Below are positions 58,123-64,000 of a stretch of 64,000 nucleotides of DNA, piece after piece (the first letter of the stretch is position 1; every line of letters starts with the position of its first letter). The position numbers and the translations under genes were made by a program. The notes under the pieces were generated by a model. That model saw only the letters and a program-made list of their open reading frames with translations. It had not been told where the DNA came from and did not search any database. The stretch lies in NCBI GenBank assembly GCA_034006965.1, contig JAVERU010000001.1, positions 5 through 64,004 of the forward strand. Reading direction: 5' to 3'. This stretch comes from Tenuifilaceae bacterium. Its GTDB lineage: Bacteria; Bacteroidota; Bacteroidia; Bacteroidales; Tenuifilaceae.

Positions 58123-58552
58123 GCTAGCCTGTCTTCGGCAGGGGTGCAATAGCGTTTGAATATAGATAAAAAAGATTGACAGCACCCCTGCCTTACTGCC
58201 GAAAGGCAGGCAGGTCTACGAAGTGCTTAAAATTTTTGCATTAATCTCTTCAATCGATTTATGCCCTTGTCTGCCAGCCAGGCAGGCTCTACGAGGGCTG
58301 AAATATTAATATTCTGCACAAAACAATCAAAACAATTGTTTTATTTATTTGTTTTGAAATGCTCAGCTAACCTATAAAAATCAACAGCATACACTCAAGC
58401 CGATAATTATTGTACCACCCATTAAAAAACCTGCCAATCAAAACCCACAAAGTTTGCCTTGGCAGGTTTTTTTTGTACCTTGTACGTACCAATATTTATT
58501 GAATTGTATCGGTATCCTTTAAATAATCGGCAACCTCAACAAAAGCCCAAAT

Positions 58553-59590
58553 ATGTCAAACCCAAAACATACGGCCATGAACAGAGCTAAACCTTCAAAA
58601 CTTCTACTACTTTGTCTCCCCCTTTTGGGGCTGATATTTTCATGCCAGAATCAAGGGGAAGCAGACAGAGTAACCCAATCGGAAATGGGCGAGTATGCAG
58701 CCCATGCCAAGGGTAAAGTTAAAAGCATTGATATTTCCCAGTTTCCGAAAACCATTGTTGACATTCACTACGCAGCAGGGGACAACCCACGGCAAACCCT
58801 TGACATCATCTACCCATCGGTGGGTGAAGCTCCCTACAAAGCCATTGTGGTTGTTCACGGGGGTGGTTGGAAGTATGGCGACAAAAGAGCAGAAACACTA
58901 GTGCCTATGGTCCAGGCCACAACTCAAGGATACGCTGTGGTATCGTTAAACTATAGGCTATCTGATGAGGTGATATGGCCAAAGCCCCTGCACGATGTTA
59001 AAGCTGCTATTCGCTTTTTAAGGGCAAAAGGGAAAGATTACGAGCTTGACACAAAGAACATTGTGGTATGGGGCTCCTCTGCTGGAGGGCATATAGCCAT
59101 GATGCTGGGAGCTACAAATAATCATCCGGCTTTTGAGAACCTCTCCATGGGCTACGAAAACTTTTCGAGCGCAGTGCAAGGAGTTATTTCATGGTACGGC
59201 GTAGCCGATATCAGCAGGGTAACCAATCTTGGCTCGCACCCTGCCAATGAGATTATGGGCTTTAATGTGCAGGAGAACTGGGAAAAAACAAACGATGCCA
59301 ACCCAATAAACCTGGTTGGCCCCGATTTCCCTCCTATTCTGCTAGTTCATGGGACCAACGACAAGGTAGTTCCCTATATGCAGTCGGTAAACATGAAGAA
59401 CGTGGTGAATGAGGCCACTGGCCGTGAGATTGCCACGCTTATGACCGTTGAGGGCGTTGGGCACGGCGATAACAAGTTCAAAACGGCTGAAAATATGAGT
59501 AAGTATTTCGACTTTGCTGACAAGATCCTTTACAATGGCAACAACCCATACCGCAGCAAAAACTATATCAGCATAAAAACAACAAGGTAA
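58553..59590 (+). CDS. Alpha/beta-hydrolase (acetyl esterase/lipase family) lipoprotein
   Basis: Lipobox IFSC, HGGGW, GSSAGG, HGTNDKVVP, GVGHG. The start may be at 58577. Confidence 0.88.
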   Translation: MSNPKHTAMNRAKPSKLLLLCLPLLGLIFSCQNQGEADRVTQSEMGEYAAHAKGKVKSIDISQFPKTIVDIHYAAGDNPRQTLDIIYPSVGEAPYKAIVVVHGGGWKYGDKRAETLVPMVQATTQGYAVVSLNYRLSDEVIWPKPLHDVKAAIRFLRAKGKDYELDTKNIVVWGSSAGGHIAMMLGATNNHPAFENLSMGYENFSSAVQGVISWYGVADISRVTNLGSHPANEIMGFNVQENWEKTNDANPINLVGPDFPPILLVHGTNDKVVPYMQSVNMKNVVNEATGREIATLMTVEGVGHGDNKFKTAENMSKYFDFADKILYNGNNPYRSKNYISIKTTR

Positions 59591-59611
59591 GCTTATAAAT
59601 TAGAGCCTTAC

Positions 59612-59646
59612 AAACCTGCCGACGCAAGATGATCGGCAGGTTTTTT
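59612..59646 (+). terminator. Intrinsic terminator
   Basis: AAACCTGCCGA-N10-TCGGCAGGTTTTTT. Confidence 0.8.
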
Positions 59647-59741
59647 GCAATAGCTCGAACTTTGTTTGCATTACGTTGGCTCAAAAAAAAAGTCAAATTT
59701 TATATCTTTACCCACATCAACCTTGATAAACTTTCATTTCT

Positions 59742-60914
59742 ATGGATTTTAAAACTATTGAGGTAACCAACGCAAAAACTCGAAAGGAGTTTCTTCTGCT
59801 CCCCATGAGGCTTTATAAAAAAGAGGCAAACTGGATTCGACCCCTCGACCACGACATTGAGGATGTTTTTAACCCTCAAAAGAACAAACACTTCCGTAAC
59901 GGCGAGGCCATTAGATGGATTCTGCTAGACGAAAAGGGTAAAACAGTAGGACGTGTAGCGGCATTCATCGACCGTAGCTTGAAAAATAGTGAGCAGCCAA
60001 CAGGAGGAATGGGGTTCTTCGAGTGTATCAACAACCAGGTGGCAGCCAATATTCTTTTCGACACCTGCAAGAAGTGGCTTGCAGACAGGGGCATGGAAGC
60101 TATGGATGGCCCAATAAATTTTGGTGAGCGCGACCGCTGGTGGGGGTTGCTGGTGGATGGATTTTACGAACCCAACTACTGTATGGGTTACCACCTACCC
60201 TACTACAAGATGCTTTTCGAGAAGTATGGCTTTAAAACCTACTTCAAGCAGTTTACTTACCACATGCCCGTTAGCGATAAGCGCATTGATCCTGTGGTTT
60301 GGGAGAAGGCCAAGCGCATTGAGCAAAATCCCGAATACAGGATTACAACCATCAACCGGAAGGAGCTACACAGGTTTGCTGATGACTTTGTTGAGATTTT
60401 CAACAAGGGTTGGGGCCGATTTGCAGGTGTTGGCAAGATGAAGAGGGCACAGGCCTTGGCGCTTCTCAAATCCATAAAACCCATACTCGACGAAAGATTA
60501 ATCCTTTTTGCCTACCACAACAACCAACCCGTAGGTTTTATAATAATGATCCCAGATCTAAATCAGATTGTTAAACATCTAAACGGTAAGTTTGATCTGT
60601 GGGCTAAGCTAAAGCTGATGTACCTGCTTAAGGTGAAGAAGAAATGCACCAAGGCCCTGGGCTTAATATTTGGCGTTGTTCCACAGTATCAAGGCAGGGG
60701 AATTGATGGAGCCCTGATTAAAGGATTTGCCAACTGGGCTTTTCGCAACGATTACCCATACACCGATATTGAGATGAATTGGATTGGCGATTTTAACCCC
60801 ACCATGTGCAAAGTGGTTGAGCAAATTGGAGCCAAGGTTTTAAAAACACACGTAACCTATAGGTATATGTTCGATTCGAGTAAAGCGGTTGTCCCGCCTC
60901 GCAGGGTGAGCTAA
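59742..60914 (+). CDS. GNAT-fold conserved protein (YghO-like)
   Basis: VGRVAAFI, GFFECIN, GLLVDGF, acetyl-CoA motif GVVPQYQGRGID. Confidence 0.8.
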   Translation: MDFKTIEVTNAKTRKEFLLLPMRLYKKEANWIRPLDHDIEDVFNPQKNKHFRNGEAIRWILLDEKGKTVGRVAAFIDRSLKNSEQPTGGMGFFECINNQVAANILFDTCKKWLADRGMEAMDGPINFGERDRWWGLLVDGFYEPNYCMGYHLPYYKMLFEKYGFKTYFKQFTYHMPVSDKRIDPVVWEKAKRIEQNPEYRITTINRKELHRFADDFVEIFNKGWGRFAGVGKMKRAQALALLKSIKPILDERLILFAYHNNQPVGFIIMIPDLNQIVKHLNGKFDLWAKLKLMYLLKVKKKCTKALGLIFGVVPQYQGRGIDGALIKGFANWAFRNDYPYTDIEMNWIGDFNPTMCKVVEQIGAKVLKTHVTYRYMFDSSKAVVPPRRVS

Positions 60915-60969
60915 AATAACCAGAAATACCCTTTAACCTTTACACAAACATTAGTCATACTTTATTATC

Positions 60970-61520
60970 AAAATTTTATTGAAGAATGGTTAGCTGCAGA
61001 TGGCATAAGCTTAACACCACCATCGTTGGCCAACACCAAAAACGTGAAAGGTAAACCTTTGAACCCATCGATTTGCCAAAGTAACAAACGCTTTGCTTCG
61101 ACAACTTTTACTCCATAGCGGGCAATCCAATTGAGGGAACAAATATTCACTGGTCAAAATATAAAGCAAACACCGATAGTACAATCAACCTCTATGTTGC
61201 AAGCAATGATTACAAGCTAGTGCTTGCGGCAGCATAATCGAAACGGAGGGATTCTGGAAGGGTAGCATCGACGTGGAATCAACCTTACCCTTTGAGCTAT
61301 TCGTTGGCGGCTCCCAAATTACCGACAGGTACACTGCATCAAGCCGAGCCATTGCTGTTCAAAAGGAAATAAAGCTGCTGGCGGGTAGTTATCTGGTTAT
61401 GTTAAAACCACTCGCTGTCGACACGCTCACCAGTCCATCAACATTGAGCTTGGTAGTTAAGCCCTCCTCAGAATTTTCTGTGGATGATGTTGCCCCACCG
61501 CACAGGCGATTTCTTCGCAA
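60970..61520 (+). pseudogene. Possible degraded 5' fragment of a secreted protein gene (reminiscent of Bacteroidales S9 peptidase N-terminus)
   Basis: Protein-like pieces in different frames (FIEEWLAADGISLTPPSLANTKNVKGKPL; EGFWKGSIDVESTLPFELFVGG...KEIKLLAGSYLVMLK) broken by stops. The family resemblance is from memory only. Confidence 0.3.
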
Positions 61521-61547
61521 CAAAAACAGCCTTCGTATTGTCCAGGC

Positions 61548-61593
61548 TTTGATTTTTATAAAAACAACTGTATATTTGACCTGTTTTGGTCAA
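61548..61593 (+). promoter_or_regulatory. Housekeeping promoter with overlapping palindromic operator for the RM operon
   Basis: TTTG(61548)-N19-TATATTTG(61571-61578) overlapped by TTGACC-N6-GGTCAA (61576-61593). Confidence 0.7.
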
Positions 61594-61608
61594 GTAAATT
61601 TTTAGTCA

Positions 61609-61902
61609 ATGACAATAGGTCAAAGAATAAGAGAATTAAGAGAAAATGCAGGTATGCGACAAAGAGAACTTGCCGCAAAACTTGAAATAGGGGAAGGTTT
61701 TTTGAGTAAAGTCGAAAATGACCAGAAACAAATAAAAAGGGAAGATTTGCTAAAAATAAGCAACCTATTTAATGTATCAATGAAAGAATTAGAAACATTA
61801 TGGTTGGCAAACAAAATATACTCCATAGTTTATAAAGAAACTTTGGGTATTGAAGCGTTAAGGGTTGCAGAAGAACAAGTTGAATTTTTAAAAAGTAAAT
61901 AA
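61609..61902 (+). CDS. XRE-family HTH regulator (controller-protein-like)
   Basis: IGQRIRELRENAGMRQRELAAKLEIGEGFLSKVEN. First gene of the RM operon. Confidence 0.88.
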   Translation: MTIGQRIRELRENAGMRQRELAAKLEIGEGFLSKVENDQKQIKREDLLKISNLFNVSMKELETLWLANKIYSIVYKETLGIEALRVAEEQVEFLKSK

Positions 61903-63153
61903 ATGAACGAAAACATTCATTATAATCAGAAACTTAAAGTCCTTGACACTTTTGCTGGAGCAGGTGGCTTTAGTTTAGGTTTTGAAATGAGCGGTTGTTA
62001 TAAAATTATTGGTGGTATTGAGTATGACAAATGGGCAGCAGATACTTTTCAATTCAACCACAAAGAATCAAAAGTCCTCGTTGGGGACATACAAAACTAT
62101 TCTGATGAATATCTAAAAGAAACCTTTAATGAAAAACCTGATATAATTCTTGGTGGTCCACCTTGCCAAGGTTTTTCAATTTGCAATAAAAATGCAGGTG
62201 ACCCTAAAGACCCTAGGAATTCTCTATTCAATGAATTTATAAGACTTGGTAGGATTTTTAATCCAGAAATAATGATTATGGAAAATGTTCCAAATATCAT
62301 TAAAGCTAAAACTTCAGACAAAAAACTAGTTATAAAAATAATATTAGAAGAGTTAGAGAAACTTGGATACTACACATATCATACAATTTTAAATGCAACC
62401 GATTATGGGGTGCCTCAAATAAGGAAGAGACTTTTTGTCATCGCATCTAAGAAAAAATTATCCAACCCTTTCCCATCTCCCACACATACATTAGGTACAA
62501 CGGAACCAAATCTGTTCAATGATGGTTTAAAAAAGTGCCCAACTTTATGGGATGCAATATCCGACTTACCAGATATTGAAGCTTGGGGCGGTGATGAAGA
62601 AATGGAATACGAAAAACCACCACAAAATCAATATCAAAAATATTTACGAAAAGGCTCTAGTAAAGTTTTCAATAATAAAGCAATGAATCACTCCAAAAGA
62701 ATGGTTGAAAGATTTGCGTCAATGGCTTGGGGTCATTCAATTTCTGACGTACCAGACCATTTAAAACCATTAAAAAGGAATGGTAATGGTGAGTTTTCTG
62801 AAAAACTATATGACCAAAATAATAGAAGAATGCATCCAAACAAACCTTGTCATACAGTAGCTGCATCTTTTTATGCTAATTTTGTTCATCCTTACAAAAA
62901 CAGAAATTTTACTCCAAGAGAAGGGGCAAGGGTTCAATCTTTCCCCGATTGGTTTATTTTTAAAGGTAAGCCAACTGTTGTTAGCCACAAACTTCTTGAA
63001 AGGGAAGGAAGAAATACTGAAAAACATTTATGCCAATATAATCAAATTGGAAATGCCGTTCCACCATTAATGGCAAAAGCAATTGCAGACAATTTGGTTT
63101 CTCAAATATCCTTAAAAACCGAAAGGCTATGTATGTACACGGAGATAATCTAA
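61903..63153 (+). CDS. DNA (cytosine-5)-methyltransferase
   Basis: Motifs FAGAGG (I), GGPPCQGFS (IV), ENV (VI), QIRKR (VIII), REGARVQSFPD (IX), YNQIGNAVPP (X). Confidence 0.96.
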   Translation: MNENIHYNQKLKVLDTFAGAGGFSLGFEMSGCYKIIGGIEYDKWAADTFQFNHKESKVLVGDIQNYSDEYLKETFNEKPDIILGGPPCQGFSICNKNAGDPKDPRNSLFNEFIRLGRIFNPEIMIMENVPNIIKAKTSDKKLVIKIILEELEKLGYYTYHTILNATDYGVPQIRKRLFVIASKKKLSNPFPSPTHTLGTTEPNLFNDGLKKCPTLWDAISDLPDIEAWGGDEEMEYEKPPQNQYQKYLRKGSSKVFNNKAMNHSKRMVERFASMAWGHSISDVPDHLKPLKRNGNGEFSEKLYDQNNRRMHPNKPCHTVAASFYANFVHPYKNRNFTPREGARVQSFPDWFIFKGKPTVVSHKLLEREGRNTEKHLCQYNQIGNAVPPLMAKAIADNLVSQISLKTERLCMYTEII

Positions 63154-63881
63154 AACAAAAGGAAAGTCATCAGACTAAATATATTGACTTGGAATCTAAA
63201 AAATATTTATCTGAAATTCGCAATAAATACAATAAATGGAGACAACAAAATGAATTATTAAAAGGTCCATATATCAAGTCAAGCTCATCTGATAATGATA
63301 TTTTAGCAAAGAGAGTAAATTTATTTGCTGAATATAAAGACTTTATTGACCAACAAAAGTATGCTGAGAAATTCGATTCTCGCTCAAACCTTCATTCAAG
63401 CGTTTTAGAAGAGTTTATTTACTACCTCTTTAGGGATATGGTTTTTGAGTTTTCAGAATCAGCCCTACTAGGGAAAGCTCACGCCTTTAAAGATATTTTC
63501 TTTAACTCATCAAATTTCTTTGAAATGGTTACTCATCCAAATGCAAAAATTGAAATAAAAGACCACGATTTTGTAATTGGTGTTAACATTGAAACGAATA
63601 TGAATGTTAAAGGAAGTAGTGAAAAACAAACTTCAATTTTGCAAATACCTGCTGTAGCGATAGAATGTAAAACATACCTAGATAAAACAATGCTTGAAGG
63701 TTCATCAACAGCAGCAGAACAACTGAAAATGAAGAATCCAAATGGAATGTATATTGTTGTTTCAGAATGGATAAAACTAACTTCTCAAGTAAATTTAGGT
63801 AAGTATAAAGTTGACCAAATATATATTCTTAGAAAACAAAAAAATACAGATAGGGAAATTAGATATTTAGAATCTTATTAA
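63129..63881 (+). CDS. Bpu10I-family type II restriction endonuclease, probably C-terminally truncated
   Basis: SNLHSSVLEEF, KDHDF, AIECKTYLDKTM PD-(D/E)xK core. Overlaps the MTase stop. Ends abruptly at a TA next to an IS-like sequence. Confidence 0.75.
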   Translation: MYVHGDNLKQKESHQTKYIDLESKKYLSEIRNKYNKWRQQNELLKGPYIKSSSSDNDILAKRVNLFAEYKDFIDQQKYAEKFDSRSNLHSSVLEEFIYYLFRDMVFEFSESALLGKAHAFKDIFFNSSNFFEMVTHPNAKIEIKDHDFVIGVNIETNMNVKGSSEKQTSILQIPAVAIECKTYLDKTMLEGSSTAAEQLKMKNPNGMYIVVSEWIKLTSQVNLGKYKVDQIYILRKQKNTDREIRYLESY

Positions 63882-64000
63882 TAAGTGCATAAAATAGTTA
63901 GTGTTTGTCGTTTTTTCTTTTTATCTTTGAGCATGAAAAAACAAGACCTAAGAAAGCTTAGTATTTCTGCTCAAGAAGCCATCCGAGTCAAGGTATTAGA
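63879..64000 (+). mobile_element. Left end of a probable IS630-family element (transposase start at 63933, runs off the window)
   Basis: ORF MKKQDLRKLSISAQEAIRVKVL... resembles IS630 transposase N-termini (DxRKLS..AQE..R). TATCTTTG promoter at 63922-63929. Begins at a TA-rich junction. Confidence 0.55.

Larger units (their letters stand above)
55774..58298. repeat. REP-like hairpin arrays flanking a Y1 transposase
   Basis: By manual count ~35-40 hairpins (GCACCCC-N3-GGGGTGC, GCCGCC-GTA-GGTGGC, GCACCTC-N3-GAGGTGC), mostly with an ATAGCGATAG-like tail, often ~50 bp apart. Confidence 0.88.

Noticed and set aside
55774-58298. CRISPR array
   Set aside because: Units differ in sequence and orientation, the intervening sequences are themselves repeated rather than unique, and no cas genes are present. 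It fits REP arrays.
61273-61605. Intact 110-aa gene
   Set aside because: GTG start in the middle of a protein-like stretch, and its 3' end runs through the RM promoter. It is more likely a remnant.

Overview
Bacteroidales-type genomic window, judged from its SusC/SusD pairs, T9SS C-terminal domains and TAnnTTTG promoters. (1) 0.4-21.6 kb is the most novel part: a PUL-like locus with no recognisable CAZymes. It holds an ECF sigma/FecR pair, two SusC/SusD pairs, a T9SS-secreted multidomain protein, two cyanophycinase-family (S51) enzymes, isoaspartyl dipeptidase IadA and two YfcC transporters. All five transcription units downstream of the sigma gene carry the same upstream motif TAAGGG-N17-GTA(A/T/C)T(A/G). 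I infer a single ECF regulon for scavenging cyanophycin. (2) 24.4-50.6 kb is a beta-1,2-glucan PUL: LuxR-type sensor, SusCD, LamG lipoprotein, two GH144-like enzymes, an unassigned six-hairpin enzyme, MFS with a large insertion, GH35, GH94, SGNH esterase and GH3. (3) A cobalamin riboswitch precedes btuB-btuG. (4) Two IS200-like Y1 transposases (RAYT-like) each sit in their own REP-like hairpin array, one with nested mini-palindromes and a 462-bp tandem duplication. (5) An AT-rich HTH-methyltransferase-Bpu10I-family restriction cassette has its endonuclease apparently cut by an IS630-like element at the window edge. All family calls come from motif recognition by eye; no database searches were run.
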